A stretch of DNA of 64,000 nucleotides from Bacteroidales bacterium. Its GTDB lineage: Bacteria > Bacteroidota > Bacteroidia > Bacteroidales > P3. Each line of letters starts with the position of its first letter. Within the stretch, counting starts at the first letter, position 1. Below are positions 19,448 through 30,005 of this stretch, in pieces. The stretch spans positions 33,148 through 97,147 of the forward strand of contig JAGCVD010000036.1 in NCBI GenBank assembly GCA_017962545.1. The letters run 5' to 3'. A program made the position numbers and the translations under genes. The notes beneath the pieces are model-generated. The model saw only the letters and a list, made by a program, of their open reading frames with translations. It was not told the DNA's origin and did not search any database.

Positions 19448-21010
19448 TCAATTGGCGCCGGTGCGGGAACCCATGCGGTCCATTGCGCAGCGGAAGCCAA
19501 TCCAGGAGGTGCTGCGGTCCTGATCGTAGTAGCGGCGGGTGCCACTCTGCATCCAGTAGGCGCGGTCTTTCCAAGAACCACCCTTGACAACGCGGACGCG
19601 GTTGTTAATCATCGAGGTGACATTGTTCTGTTCAGCCGAGTCGCTACGGTGGTACATATTGTTGGTGTACTCCTCTTGGCTGCGGGCGACGGTCTCGTCG
19701 GTGCCACCTTCCTCGTCATCGGAATCGGTACGCCAGCCACTGATGGTGGTGGGGGTGTGCGAGTCGTAGTCGTAGATGCTGGAGTTCCAGTCGCCATCCA
19801 AGTAGTTGATATTGTCGGCCTGGCGGTAGTTGCGGCGGTTCATGTCGTCGGGGACGTTGGTGTAGACAAGGTTGCCGGTCTCCTCATTGCGCATAACCTC
19901 TTCACCATCTTCCGAGAGGGCAACATACTGGTAGACATTACCACGGTAGGGGTTCAGGTCCTCACCACCGATGGGGCTGACATCTTTACGATAGACATCG
20001 GCGCACCACTCGCTGACATTGCCAGCCATGTGGTACAGGCCATAGTCGTTGGGGAAGTACCATCTGACGGGGGCAGTGTACTCCCAACCATCGTTGAGGT
20101 TGCCGGCCACGCCCATGGCGTCGCCACGCGAACGCTTGAAGTTGGCGAGGAACTGTCCGTAGTATTTCTTGTTGGCGGAACGGACGCTCTGACCGGCCCA
20201 TGGATAGGTCTTGTGCTCCACGACGCGCTCGTCGTAGGTGTTGCCGATCATGCCGAGGGCTGCGAACTCCCACTCGGCCTCGGTCGGGAGGCGGTAGTTG
20301 GGCAGGAGGATACCATCGGAACGGCGCACATTGCGGCTCTCGCCACCAGCCATGGGGTTAAGGTCGGGGATACCCTTTCCGTCGCCATTGTAGAGGCCTG
20401 CCAGATAGACATCGGTCTGGAAGGCTTCAGCGCCTGTCAGCTCGCTCTGGGCGAGGTCGATGATACCGGCGTCGACGAGGATTTTCTCATTGACTCGGTC
20501 GGTGCGCCATTTGCAGAACTGCGAAGCCTGCTCCCAGGATACGCCAACGACGGGGTAGTCGTTGAACATGGCGCACTGGAAGTAGTTCTCGACAAAGTTC
20601 TCACGCCAGGAGAGACGCTCGCGCCAGCAGTTGGTGTCGGGGTAGATTTGTTTGACCATCTCGGGGTACTCCTCGCCATAGGCGCGATTCATCCAATAGA
20701 CGAACTCGCGGTAGGCCAGGTTGGAGACCTCGGTCTCGTCCATATAGAAGGAGGAGACGGTGACGGTGTGAACGACATTGTTCCACTGGAAACGGGGGTC
20801 GTCGGCTACGCGGCCCATCTGGAAGGCACCGCCTTCGATGAACACCAGGCCGGGGCCGGTGATTTGCTCCGAGTAGGAGGAACGGTCAAAACCGCCCCAT
20901 TCGGAGTCGTTCAGATTCCAACCGGTAGTGGGCGAGGCTTCCTTGCTGCCGCAAGCTGCGAAGACGAGCACGGAGGCCATCATCAGGAACGAGAATTTGA
21001 TAATCTTCAT
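19448..21010 (-). CDS. gldJ: GldJ/GldK-family T9SS-associated lipoprotein (FGE-sulfatase-like fold), probably GldJ
   Basis: Lipobox (VFAACGSK). SUMF1/FGE-like motifs are present (FIEGGAFQMG, YRLPTEAEWEFAA, GNVSEWC, VKGGSWKDRAYW). There is no adjacent gldLMN, which favours GldJ over GldK. Confidence 0.7.
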   Translation of the reverse strand: MKIIKFSFLMMASVLVFAACGSKEASPTTGWNLNDSEWGGFDRSSYSEQITGPGLVFIEGGAFQMGRVADDPRFQWNNVVHTVTVSSFYMDETEVSNLAYREFVYWMNRAYGEEYPEMVKQIYPDTNCWRERLSWRENFVENYFQCAMFNDYPVVGVSWEQASQFCKWRTDRVNEKILVDAGIIDLAQSELTGAEAFQTDVYLAGLYNGDGKGIPDLNPMAGGESRNVRRSDGILLPNYRLPTEAEWEFAALGMIGNTYDERVVEHKTYPWAGQSVRSANKKYYGQFLANFKRSRGDAMGVAGNLNDGWEYTAPVRWYFPNDYGLYHMAGNVSEWCADVYRKDVSPIGGEDLNPYRGNVYQYVALSEDGEEVMRNEETGNLVYTNVPDDMNRRNYRQADNINYLDGDWNSSIYDYDSHTPTTISGWRTDSDDEEGGTDETVARSQEEYTNNMYHRSDSAEQNNVTSMINNRVRVVKGGSWKDRAYWMQSGTRRYYDQDRSTSWIGFRCAMDRMGSRTGAN

Positions 21011-21101
21011 AGTGGATTGCGTTTTTATCTGTCTTACTTATTGTTTTCTTTCTTGGGTTTATACGTATCTAATAGGAAAAAGTTTCGCTGTTTAAGAATT
21101 T

Positions 21102-22106
21102 TTAGAACGACGGGCAGCGGATGGCTTTCACCTTACGTTTGGCTTCGGGTACGGGCAAGAGGATGCCGAGGGTCACCTCATGGGCGCCGGCGGTGCTGTT
21201 GGCCAGCTCGCTGACGGTCACGTCGTAGCTGTAGCCCACCTTGAAGTAGTCCTGCTGCACGCCGACCATGAAGATGAAGGCATCGGAATTCTCAATGCCG
21301 TTACGGTACCACATACCGACAAGGAAGGGCATCCAGTCGAGGTAGAGTCCATAGTTGAAATAGTGGAACTTGCCCTGGTATTGGTAGATGATGTTGGGCG
21401 AGATGACAGGGGTGCCGAGACCGAGGGAGGATGTGCGGCGTTTCTCTTCGGAAAGATTGATGAGACCACCTGCATGGACGGAGAGTTTCATGGGGATGCG
21501 GTCCTCACTGTAGAAGCCCTGGCTAGGCTGGTTGAGGTGATGAGCGGCGAAACCGCCGTACCATGCTGGACCATAGACCATCAAGCCTGCAGCGAAGTCG
21601 GGGAAAAGGGTGCTGGTCTTGTCAGGAGGAGTGGCCTGGGTGAGGTCGACAAAACCGTGTTCACGATCCACCTGGTCGGGCCAACGCATGTGGTTGGGGT
21701 CCCAGTCGAGTTTGATGTTGGTCATCGTGGCCTGGAGGGCTAAATTGATATGTATATCTTTATATACACGGAAACGGAAGGAGTACATGGCGCCCAGCGA
21801 AGTGGTGCTGAGCATGCCGTGGTCGCCTTGCCTGTCGGACATCACGATGGCGCCGATACCACCATGCAGGTCGTTGATATACTGGTCGTAAGATGCGCTC
21901 ACCGTGGTAAAGGCGCTGACCAAGCCGGGCCACTGGGCACGATAGGTCAGGGAGATGCGCGGAGCCACCTTCGAGCCTGCGAAGGCCGGGTTGAGGTAAA
22001 GCGGGTTGGCGTAGAACTGGGAAAAACCTACGTCTTGGGCACTCGCGCCGTGCACTCCGACGAGTGCCAGCAGCAGGAGCAGGACTATCTTATTACGTTG
22101 TGTCAT
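21102..22106 (-). CDS. PorP/SprF-family type IX secretion membrane protein
   Basis: Signal peptide, then the family hallmark FSQFYANPLYLNPAFAG. About 330 aa with beta-barrel-like composition. Confidence 0.85.
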   Translation of the reverse strand: MTQRNKIVLLLLLALVGVHGASAQDVGFSQFYANPLYLNPAFAGSKVAPRISLTYRAQWPGLVSAFTTVSASYDQYINDLHGGIGAIVMSDRQGDHGMLSTTSLGAMYSFRFRVYKDIHINLALQATMTNIKLDWDPNHMRWPDQVDREHGFVDLTQATPPDKTSTLFPDFAAGLMVYGPAWYGGFAAHHLNQPSQGFYSEDRIPMKLSVHAGGLINLSEEKRRTSSLGLGTPVISPNIIYQYQGKFHYFNYGLYLDWMPFLVGMWYRNGIENSDAFIFMVGVQQDYFKVGYSYDVTVSELANSTAGAHEVTLGILLPVPEAKRKVKAIRCPSF

Positions 22107-22515
22107 CTGATGTTTTTTTACGTATATAGGGCCTATAATTCAATCGGCAATATTACGCTTTTTTTGTCAAATACCAACGTTTCTCTGAAAAATATTTTGT
22201 TTTGCACTGGTTTACAGGTGGTTTATTTTTCAACAAGGTGCATTTTCGCTGTTATATTTTCCTCTTTCCGGAGGCCGATTTTGTAAATTTCGCCCCTTTC
22301 TGCAAAGGTTTTAAGCATGTTTTCGCCACCTCGACGAGGCCTTTGCTGGGGAGTGTCACAGATGGCCAAATTATGCTGCCACGATCCTCCCGTCTTCTTC
22401 TCATCATTCAATGGGAGGACCAGGGGAGCATCAGGGAAAGAACGAGGGAAAAAGAGTCAGGTTTTCAAAGCCCGCAGAAAATCCTTTCCGGAACTTTCCT
22501 GGACATGCGCAGAAA

Positions 22516-22523
22516 TATTTTTG
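22516..22523 (+). promoter_or_regulatory. candidate Bacteroidota -7 box (TATTTTTG = TAnnTTTG) upstream of porU
   Basis: Motif match 42 nt upstream of ATG 22565. There is no clear -33 TTTG. Confidence 0.3.
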
Positions 22524-22564
22524 GACACGCGCAATAAATAGGGCAAAACTTAGTTAATGTTCGT

Positions 22565-25500
22565 ATGAGAAGAATCATACCTTTACGGAACATCAAGGCG
22601 GCATGGCTGCTGGTTTTCATCATAGCGACAGCCCCGCAGGCTGATGCCCAGACCTTTACAGACCACTCGCGGCTGGCCGCAGGCAGTTGGTACCGTATCC
22701 CCATAAGCCAGACGGGGGTCTATCGCCTGACGGTCTCCGAGGTGCCGGCCCTGAACGGAGCCAACATCTCGCGCATCGCCCTCTACGGCGCCCCAGGAGG
22801 ACAGCTCTCCACCCAGCTGAACGACGGACAGCCAGATGACCTGGTGCCTGCCGCCATCGAGGTAGTCGACGCCAACGGCAACGGCACATTCGACAACAAC
22901 GACTACCTGCTCTTCTATGCCGAGGGACCCAGCGTGTGGAGATATTCGGACGGCAACCAACGCTTTGAATACAGACACAACACATACGCCACAAACAACT
23001 ACTACTACCTGAACGCCGACTTCAGCGCCCCGGCAGCCGATGCCGGATTCCTGCGGGTGAAAACCAGCAGCGCCACCTCGTCGAACCAGGGAGAGCTGAC
23101 CTCCTTCACAGGCGTGGCGGTGATGCACGACGACAAGATAAACCCCAACGAAGGCGGAGAGGGATGGATGGCCGACAAGTTCACCAACAGCATGCGCGAA
23201 CGCACATACGAGCTCGTCCTGCCCGGCATCCAGACAGGAGCCACCATCATGGCCCGCTACGGCCTAGCCTCCAGCTCCTCGCAGAGGACCGGATTCGAGA
23301 TGAAATACAACTCGGACGCCCGCCAGCACCAGCTCCCGCAGGGCGACGCCTACAACACCTTTATCGAGACATTCACCCCCCGCACCAACAGCACCATAGC
23401 CCTCACCTGCACCTTCCGCCCGGCGGAGAGCAACGCGGTGGGTTACATCGACTTCATCGAGCTCAACGCCCTGGCCCCCCTTGCCTACCCCGGCGGACAG
23501 TGGACCGTGCGCAACACCCAGCGCCTCGGCCCAGGCAACCGCTGCCGCTTTGCCGCCAGCGGGTCGGGTGCCGACCTGAAGGTGTGGGACGTGTCCGCCC
23601 CCGCTCAGCCCGAGGCCTTGACTGTGCAGAACAACGGAAACGGGTTCACCTTCACCGCTCCCACCGAGGTGCCGGGCACATACATCGCCTTCAAGCCCTC
23701 GGACGCGCGCACACCAACAGGCATCGTTCTGATTGAGAACCAAGACCTGCACGGCGCCGAGGCGCCCGACCTGGTGATTGTGACCCATGCCGACTTCTCC
23801 GACCAAGCAGAACGGCTGGCCGACCTGCACCGCCTGCACGACGGCATGACCGTGCTGGTGGCCACGCAGGAGGAGGTCTTCAACGAGTTCTCGTCGGGAC
23901 GCAAGGACCCCGTGTCCATCCGTCAGTTGGCACGCTGCATGCAGGCCAAAGGGGAGAGCAACGGTCATAGTATAAAGTATTTGCTCCTGTTCGGCAAAGG
24001 CACCTACGACAACCGGAACCTGCTGGGGAGCGACGCTCGCACGGTGGTCACCTACCAGACCCCGCCGACAACCGACTTCGCTGGCAGCGCCTACCCTTCG
24101 GACGACATCTACGGTCTGCTGACATCCGCGTCGACACTCGACATCAGCATCGGCCGACTTCCCGCCAAGAACAGCGCCGAAGCGCGCCATCTGGTGGACA
24201 AAATCGAGGGCTACATGGAAAACAAGGACTTGGAACGTAGCGACATCCGCGGCGACTGGCGCAACTATGTATGCCTCCTCTCGGACGATGCCGACCCTTC
24301 CAGTCCAGGCGACACGAATTTTGCCTCTTCCAGCGAGAAGACAGCCCGGCTGATCAAAGACCTTCACCCGCAATATAACATCGACCGCATCTATGCCGAC
24401 GCCTACATCCAGCAGTCGGGCGTTGACGGCAGCTACTACCCCGACGTGAACAACGCCCTGCGGCAGAGAATCAACTACGGATGCCTGCTGCTGAACTACA
24501 TAGGCCACGGTTCGGACCAGTACATCGGCACCGAACGCTACATGCTCCTCTCCGACATCGACCGCTACACCAACACCGACCGACTGACCTTCTTCGTCAC
24601 CAGCACCTGCTCCTATGGCCGGTACGACAAGGTCGACGGTGTCTCGGGCGGCGAGTATTTCCTCCTGGCCGACGCCGCGGGCATCGGCGTGGTGGCCGCC
24701 GCACGCCCCATCTCGCACATCCAGCGTTTCAACACCGACGTGTGCCTCTTCGCCCTCGACCCCGCCAACACCATCGGCGACGCCCTCCGACTGGCCAAGA
24801 ACAACACCCCTGTGTCGCGCTGCATAGCCCTGCTGGGCGACCCTGCCCTACGCCTTTCTATCCCTGAGAACGAAGTGGTTGTCACCAAAATAAACGAACG
24901 CACGGTAGATTCGGCACGGGCCGACTCGGCCGAGGTGCTCTCGCGCGTCACCGTGGAGGGCGAGGTGCGCAACACAGAAGGCGACCTGCTGACGGACTTC
25001 GACGGCGAGGTGTTCCCCATCGTCTTCGACCGCGAGGTCACCTGCCACACCTTGGCCAACGACAACGACAGCACCGAGGTGGAATTCAAGCAACAGAAAA
25101 ACATCCTCTACAAAGGCCGCACCGCCGTCACCGGTGGACGCTTCAGCTACTCGTTCATCGTGCCGCGCGACGTGTCGTTCCGCTACGACTATGCCAAGCT
25201 GTCGCACTACGCCCACAGCGACATTGCCCAGGCCTCGGGCGAGTATAGCAACATCCTGTTCGGCGGACTGGACGAGACGGTGGTCATCGACGAGGTGCAT
25301 CCGCACGTGAGCATCTACCTGAACGACAGCACCTTCCGCAACGGCGGTCTTACCAACGAGACCCCAACCCTGCACGCGTACCTGACCGACTCGGTGGGTA
25401 TCAACGCCGCCGGCAGCGGCCTCGGACACGACATCACGGCAATCATCGACGGAAACTCATACAACATGGTGACGCTGAACGACTTCTTCGAGCCCTCCAT

Positions 25501-25945
25501 TGAGGACAGCCGCAACGGGACCGTCAGCTACACCCTCGGCAAACTCGACGAAGGCCGCCACACCCTGACGCTGAAATGCTGGAACATTTTCAACTTCTCG
25601 GGTAGTGCGACCATCGAGTTCTGCGTGGTCAACGACAGGACCCCCCGCATGGCCAACGTCTGCGCCGCCCCCAACCCCGCCTCGGGACACACCACCCTAC
25701 GCGTGGAGCACAACATAGGCGGCACCATGAAGGACTGCCGGATAGACATTTATAACGCGATGGGAGCCCTGGTGCGCACCTTCACCCCCACCCCCGCCGA
25801 GGGGTCGAGCGTGGTGGCTGTCGACTGGGATTTCACTTCGGACGCCGGCGCTGGACTGAGCAACGGGCTCTATATCATGCGTGTCACCGCCACCACGGCC
25901 GATGACGAGCAAATTGTAGAGACAGCCAAAATCATCCATAGATGA
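22565..25945 (+). CDS. porU: type IX secretion system sortase PorU (C25-like peptidase)
   Basis: 1126 aa with a signal peptide. The N-terminus (GSWYRIPISQTGVYRLT) and the gingipain-like core (...LNYIGHGS..., TSTCSYGRYD, LLGDPALRL) fit the family. It has its own CTD-like tail and lies adjacent to porV. Confidence 0.85.
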   Translation: MRRIIPLRNIKAAWLLVFIIATAPQADAQTFTDHSRLAAGSWYRIPISQTGVYRLTVSEVPALNGANISRIALYGAPGGQLSTQLNDGQPDDLVPAAIEVVDANGNGTFDNNDYLLFYAEGPSVWRYSDGNQRFEYRHNTYATNNYYYLNADFSAPAADAGFLRVKTSSATSSNQGELTSFTGVAVMHDDKINPNEGGEGWMADKFTNSMRERTYELVLPGIQTGATIMARYGLASSSSQRTGFEMKYNSDARQHQLPQGDAYNTFIETFTPRTNSTIALTCTFRPAESNAVGYIDFIELNALAPLAYPGGQWTVRNTQRLGPGNRCRFAASGSGADLKVWDVSAPAQPEALTVQNNGNGFTFTAPTEVPGTYIAFKPSDARTPTGIVLIENQDLHGAEAPDLVIVTHADFSDQAERLADLHRLHDGMTVLVATQEEVFNEFSSGRKDPVSIRQLARCMQAKGESNGHSIKYLLLFGKGTYDNRNLLGSDARTVVTYQTPPTTDFAGSAYPSDDIYGLLTSASTLDISIGRLPAKNSAEARHLVDKIEGYMENKDLERSDIRGDWRNYVCLLSDDADPSSPGDTNFASSSEKTARLIKDLHPQYNIDRIYADAYIQQSGVDGSYYPDVNNALRQRINYGCLLLNYIGHGSDQYIGTERYMLLSDIDRYTNTDRLTFFVTSTCSYGRYDKVDGVSGGEYFLLADAAGIGVVAAARPISHIQRFNTDVCLFALDPANTIGDALRLAKNNTPVSRCIALLGDPALRLSIPENEVVVTKINERTVDSARADSAEVLSRVTVEGEVRNTEGDLLTDFDGEVFPIVFDREVTCHTLANDNDSTEVEFKQQKNILYKGRTAVTGGRFSYSFIVPRDVSFRYDYAKLSHYAHSDIAQASGEYSNILFGGLDETVVIDEVHPHVSIYLNDSTFRNGGLTNETPTLHAYLTDSVGINAAGSGLGHDITAIIDGNSYNMVTLNDFFEPSIEDSRNGTVSYTLGKLDEGRHTLTLKCWNIFNFSGSATIEFCVVNDRTPRMANVCAAPNPASGHTTLRVEHNIGGTMKDCRIDIYNAMGALVRTFTPTPAEGSSVVAVDWDFTSDAGAGLSNGLYIMRVTATTADDEQIVETAKIIHR

Positions 25946-26053
25946 ACTGGCACGACACGGCACCTAAAGAACTCCGCGACAAAAAAAATATCCACGCCAT
26001 ACAATAAAAACATATAAACGACGTTTTCCCGTATATTTCGTAAACCCACATAG

Positions 26054-27247
26054 ATGAAAAGCAAAAAGATTCTCCTCTCAGCCCTGTTGACGCTGGGACT
26101 CGCCGGAACGGCTGTGGCACAGAACACCGTTGTCAATGGACAGACTAAGAACTATATCGCCACAGGTATGCCCATCCTACTGATTGCCCCCGACGCCATC
26201 TCGGCTGGCATGGGTGACGCAGGCGTAGCCTCCACCCCCGACATCTACTCGGCCCATTGGAACAACGCCAAATTCGCCTTCATCGAGGGCGACTTCGGCT
26301 TCAGCACCACCTACACCCCCTGGCTCCGTAACCTCGGCGTGGGCGACATGAACCTGCTCTACCTCGGCGGATACAAGCGTATCAACAACATGAGCGCCGT
26401 GGCAGCATCGCTCACCTATTTCTCGCTGGGCGAAATACAGACCACCGACATCGAAGGCAACAGCACCGGCATTATGAACCCCAACGAGTTTGCCGTCGAT
26501 GCCAGCTATGCACTGAAAATCAACGAGGAGCTCTCTCTCGGTGCCTCCGCCCGCTTCATCCGTTCCGACCTCACCAACGGCCAGATTATCAGCGACGGTA
26601 GCGGCTCGCACGTGACCACCAAGCCCGCCTGGAGCCTCGCCGCCGACCTCGGCCTGTATTGGGAGAAGGAGTTAGCCGCCAATCAGGAAGTGGCCCTGGG
26701 AGCCTTCTTCAGCAACCTCGGTGCCAAGCTCTCCTACTCCGACGACGACACCAAGAAGGACTTCCTGCCCTCCAACCTGCGCTTCGGCGGTCGCTACAGC
26801 TACGAGATCGACCAGTCGAACCAAGTCAACGTCCTCCTCGACTTCAACAAACTGCTCGTCCCCACTCCCCCAAAGACAGAGGGCGACAGCACCTACAGCA
26901 AGTATTACCGCAACATGACCGAGTATCGCAATACCGGCGTGATGAAAGGGGCTCTGCAGTCGTTCTACGATGCCCCCGGCGGCTTTGCCGAGGAACTGCA
27001 CGAGATGCAGCTGTCGGTGGGTGCCGAATACTGGTACAAGCACACCTTGGCCGCCCGCGTGGGATACTACTACGAGCACGAGACCAAAGGCGGTCGCCAA
27101 TACGCCACCGTAGGCGTGGGCCTGAGATACAATATCTACGCCTTCGACTTTGCCTACCTTATCCCCACAACTTCCTTCAGCAGCAACCCGCTGGCCAACA
27201 CCGTCCGAATCTCCCTCACCATCAACTTCGGCAAGAAAAAGAGCTGA
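26054..27247 (+). CDS. porV: type IX secretion outer-membrane protein PorV (LptO)
   Basis: Signal peptide, then the hallmark MPILLIAPDAISAGMGDAGVAS. 397 aa beta-barrel, immediately downstream of porU as in Porphyromonas gingivalis. Confidence 0.88.
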   Translation: MKSKKILLSALLTLGLAGTAVAQNTVVNGQTKNYIATGMPILLIAPDAISAGMGDAGVASTPDIYSAHWNNAKFAFIEGDFGFSTTYTPWLRNLGVGDMNLLYLGGYKRINNMSAVAASLTYFSLGEIQTTDIEGNSTGIMNPNEFAVDASYALKINEELSLGASARFIRSDLTNGQIISDGSGSHVTTKPAWSLAADLGLYWEKELAANQEVALGAFFSNLGAKLSYSDDDTKKDFLPSNLRFGGRYSYEIDQSNQVNVLLDFNKLLVPTPPKTEGDSTYSKYYRNMTEYRNTGVMKGALQSFYDAPGGFAEELHEMQLSVGAEYWYKHTLAARVGYYYEHETKGGRQYATVGVGLRYNIYAFDFAYLIPTTSFSSNPLANTVRISLTINFGKKKS

Positions 27248-27250
27248 GCC

Positions 27251-27760
27251 ATGCGCATCGGGACAGGATATGATGTGCACAAGCTGGTGGAAGGCCGCAA
27301 ACTGGTGCTGGGAGGCATAGAGGTGGAACACACCTTCGGCCTCCTCGGCCATTCCGATGCAGACGTCCTACTCCACGCCATCTGCGACGCCATGCTCGGC
27401 GCCGCCGCACTGGGCGATATCGGCCAGCATTTCCCCGACCGAGACCCGCAATACAAGGACATCGACAGCCGCGTGCTCTTGCGCCATTGCAACGACTTGA
27501 TACGCAAAGAGGGATACACTATCCTGAACATCGACAGCACTATCGTGGCACAACGTCCCAAATTAGCAGCCTATATTCCCAAGATGCGTGAGAGCATCGC
27601 CCACGAACTGGGGGTCGACGTGAGACAAATCTCGGTGAAAGCCACCACCACGGAACATCTGGGCTTCGAGGGCCGCGAAGAAGGAATCAGCGCCCAGGCT
27701 GTAGCACTTCTGGACGACAGGACACCCCTGACGGACAACCCCGACAATTGCATAGACTAA
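27251..27760 (+). CDS. ispF: 2-C-methyl-D-erythritol 2,4-cyclodiphosphate synthase
   Basis: [12 protein letters not shown]...[30 protein letters not shown] is the canonical IspF signature. Confidence 0.95.
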   Translation: MRIGTGYDVHKLVEGRKLVLGGIEVEHTFGLLGHSDADVLLHAICDAMLGAAALGDIGQHFPDRDPQYKDIDSRVLLRHCNDLIRKEGYTILNIDSTIVAQRPKLAAYIPKMRESIAHELGVDVRQISVKATTTEHLGFEGREEGISAQAVALLDDRTPLTDNPDNCID

Positions 27761-27790
27761 CCATTCTACACCTACAACACCCGCAACACC

Positions 27791-28081
27791 ATGCAAGAGA
27801 GCAGACCATACACCTCACCCCAAAGCGACGACGAAGCCGTTGTGCTTGACGACTCGGGATGCACTCTTGTGCTGCACAACGACGACGTACACACATTCGA
27901 CTACGTCATCAAGGCCCTGTCCGACATCTGCCGCATATCGGCGGCGCAGGCCGAGCAATGCGCCATCCTGGTGCACTGCCATGGCAAATGCAATGTCAAG
28001 CATGGCAGCTACGAGACCCTCCTGCCCATGCACACCGCCCTCCTCGACAAACAGCTAACCTCTGAAATCGTACAGATATGA
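27791..28081 (+). CDS. clpS: ATP-dependent Clp protease adaptor ClpS
   Basis: 96 aa with the ClpS core VLHNDDVHTFDYVIKAL...AEQCAILVHCHGKCNVKHGSYE. Confidence 0.85.
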   Translation: MQESRPYTSPQSDDEAVVLDDSGCTLVLHNDDVHTFDYVIKALSDICRISAAQAEQCAILVHCHGKCNVKHGSYETLLPMHTALLDKQLTSEIVQI

Positions 28082-28575
28082 ACCTCACACTCCTCATCAT
28101 CACTCTGGTCATCGGCATGGCCCTTCTCATCCTCGAGATTGTCGCACTCCCCGGTGGCATAGCCGGCATCTTCGGCGGCCTGCTCCTCGCCTTCGGCGTA
28201 TGGCAGAGTTATGTCCTCCTCGGCCTCAACTGGGGCACCGTGATTCTTGGATGCGTCGTCTTTTTCGGCGTTGCCATGCTCGTCTTTCTCATGAAGGGCA
28301 AGACATGGAAGAAGTTCAGCCTCAACGAAGAGTCCGACAGCGCCGTCAACCAGGAACCCGCCACCGTGCAGGTGGGCGCCACTGGCAAGACCATTGCCCG
28401 CCTCGCCCCCACAGGCAAGGCCCTCATCGACGGCGAACTCGTCGAGGTGCATGCCATCAACAAGTTCATCGACCCCGACCGACCCATCGAGGTGGTCGCC
28501 ATCGAAGGCTACCGCATCGATGTCGTCGAGACCGAAGACAACCGTTTCGACCAACCCACGGTAGAAAACAAATAG
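28078..28575 (+). CDS. NfeD-family membrane protein
   Basis: Three N-terminal TM helices plus a C-terminal OB-like segment (GKALIDGELVEVHAINKFIDPDRPIEVVAIEGYRIDV). It precedes floA, which is the classic pairing. An ATGA overlap links it to clpS. Confidence 0.8.
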   Translation: MNLTLLIITLVIGMALLILEIVALPGGIAGIFGGLLLAFGVWQSYVLLGLNWGTVILGCVVFFGVAMLVFLMKGKTWKKFSLNEESDSAVNQEPATVQVGATGKTIARLAPTGKALIDGELVEVHAINKFIDPDRPIEVVAIEGYRIDVVETEDNRFDQPTVENK

Positions 28576-28617
28576 TCACCCCCAACCTCAGATATTCACC
28601 ATTAAAACTTCAGCAAT

Positions 28618-29619
28618 ATGACAATTACCGGTATCGTTATCCTGTGCGTGATTATCTTTATCGCACTGATTCTGTTTCTCTATCTGGTGCCCGTCGGACT
28701 CTGGTTCCAGGCACTCGTGTCGGGTGTGCACACCTCGCTCATCCAGCTCATGTTCATGCGCTTCCGCAAAGTGCCGCCCAGCGTGATTGTCAACAACATG
28801 ATCAACGCCACCAAGGCAGGCCTGAAGCTCACGCAGAACGAGCTCGAAGCCCACTATCTGGCCGGCGGCAACGTCAGCAGCGTGGTGCAGGCCCTCATCT
28901 CGGCCAACAAGGCCAACATGAACCTCGACTTCCGCACCGCCACCGCCATCGACCTGGCAGGCCGCGACGTGCTGAAGGCCGTGCAGACCTCTGTCAACCC
29001 CAAGGTCATCGACACGCCCCCCGTGGCTGCCGTGGCCAAGGACGGCATCCAGCTGATTGCCAAGGCCCGCGTCACCGTCCGCACCAACATCAAGCAGCTC
29101 GTCGGCGGCGCCGGAGAGGAGACCATCCTGGCCCGTGTCGGCGAGGGTATCGTCACCTCCATCGGCTCGGCCGACAGCCACAAACGCGTGCTCGAGAACC
29201 CCGACAGCATCTCCAAGCTCGTCCTCACCAAGGGTCTCGACAGCGGCACTGCCTTCGAGATTCTCTCCATCGACATCGCCGACATCGACGTGGGTAAGAA
29301 CATCGGCGCCCAGTTGCAGATGGACCAGGCCAACGCCGACAAGAACATCGCCCAGGCCAAGGCCGAGGAGCGTCGCGCCATGGCTGTGGCCAGCGAACAG
29401 GAGATGAAAGCCAAGGCCCAAGAGGCCCGCGCCAAAGTCATCGAGGCCGAAGCCGAGGTACCCAAGGCCATGGCTGAGGCATTCCGCTCAGGCAATCTCG
29501 GCATCATGGACTATTACCGCATGAAGAACATCCAGGCCGACACCGACATGCGCGAGAGCATCTCCAAGCCCGCCGCAACCCCCAAGCCCACCACTCCCAA
29601 ACCCTCAGAGGAGAAGTAG
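28618..29619 (+). CDS. floA: flotillin-like protein FloA (UPF0365/YqfA family)
   Basis: N-terminal TM segment, then SPFH-like and Ala/Glu/Lys-rich coiled regions ([51 protein letters not shown]...[18 protein letters not shown]). Confidence 0.85.
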   Translation: MTITGIVILCVIIFIALILFLYLVPVGLWFQALVSGVHTSLIQLMFMRFRKVPPSVIVNNMINATKAGLKLTQNELEAHYLAGGNVSSVVQALISANKANMNLDFRTATAIDLAGRDVLKAVQTSVNPKVIDTPPVAAVAKDGIQLIAKARVTVRTNIKQLVGGAGEETILARVGEGIVTSIGSADSHKRVLENPDSISKLVLTKGLDSGTAFEILSIDIADIDVGKNIGAQLQMDQANADKNIAQAKAEERRAMAVASEQEMKAKAQEARAKVIEAEAEVPKAMAEAFRSGNLGIMDYYRMKNIQADTDMRESISKPAATPKPTTPKPSEEK

Positions 29620-29637
29620 GGAGCTGCAAGTTTCCAA

Positions 29638-29669
29638 AAAAGGGTGCCTTGGGGGCACCCTTTTCTTTT
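29638..29669 (+). terminator. rho-independent terminator after floA
   Basis: aaaa-gggtgcc-ttggg-ggcaccc-ttttctttt: a stem flanked by an A tract and a T run. Confidence 0.8.
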
Positions 29670-29685
29670 GTGTCCCGAAGAAAGA

Positions 29686-29717
29686 TTTGTCCAATTGGAA
29701 TAAATGTATTATCTTTG
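29686..29717 (+). promoter_or_regulatory. candidate Bacteroidota promoter (-33 TTTG, 20-nt spacer, -7 TATCTTTG) for the toxin-antitoxin pair
   Basis: TTTG at 29686-29689 and TATCTTTG at 29710-29717, about 30 nt upstream of ATG 29748. Confidence 0.5.
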
Positions 29718-29747
29718 CATTCAGAAGTATTCAAACGTATTACACCC

Positions 29748-30005
29748 ATGGGGACCACAATCGAAAGAAAACCAACCTCTTTCCGTCTGAGGAAGGATTT
29801 GCTGGAAGGACTGAAACGCAATGCGGCACGCGAAAACCGGACGCTCAACAACTATGTTGAGAGCCTTCTGCTTGACATTTTTTATCACGAGCCCAACGAC
29901 GTGACCAAGGCCGCCATAGAAGAGGCCATGAACAGGACTCATTATCCTGAAGGGGAAGTTTACAGCAGTGCAGAAGAACTCCTTAACGCTCTTGATGCAG
30001 AATGA
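29748..30005 (+). CDS. ribbon-helix-helix type II antitoxin (partner of the YafQ-family toxin)
   Basis: I moved the start to ATG 29748, because the tracked start at 29649 lies inside the floA terminator. TSFRLRKDLLEGLKRNAARENRTLNNYVESLL is RHH-like. An ATGA overlap links it to the toxin gene. Confidence 0.7.
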   Translation: MGTTIERKPTSFRLRKDLLEGLKRNAARENRTLNNYVESLLLDIFYHEPNDVTKAAIEEAMNRTHYPEGEVYSSAEELLNALDAE

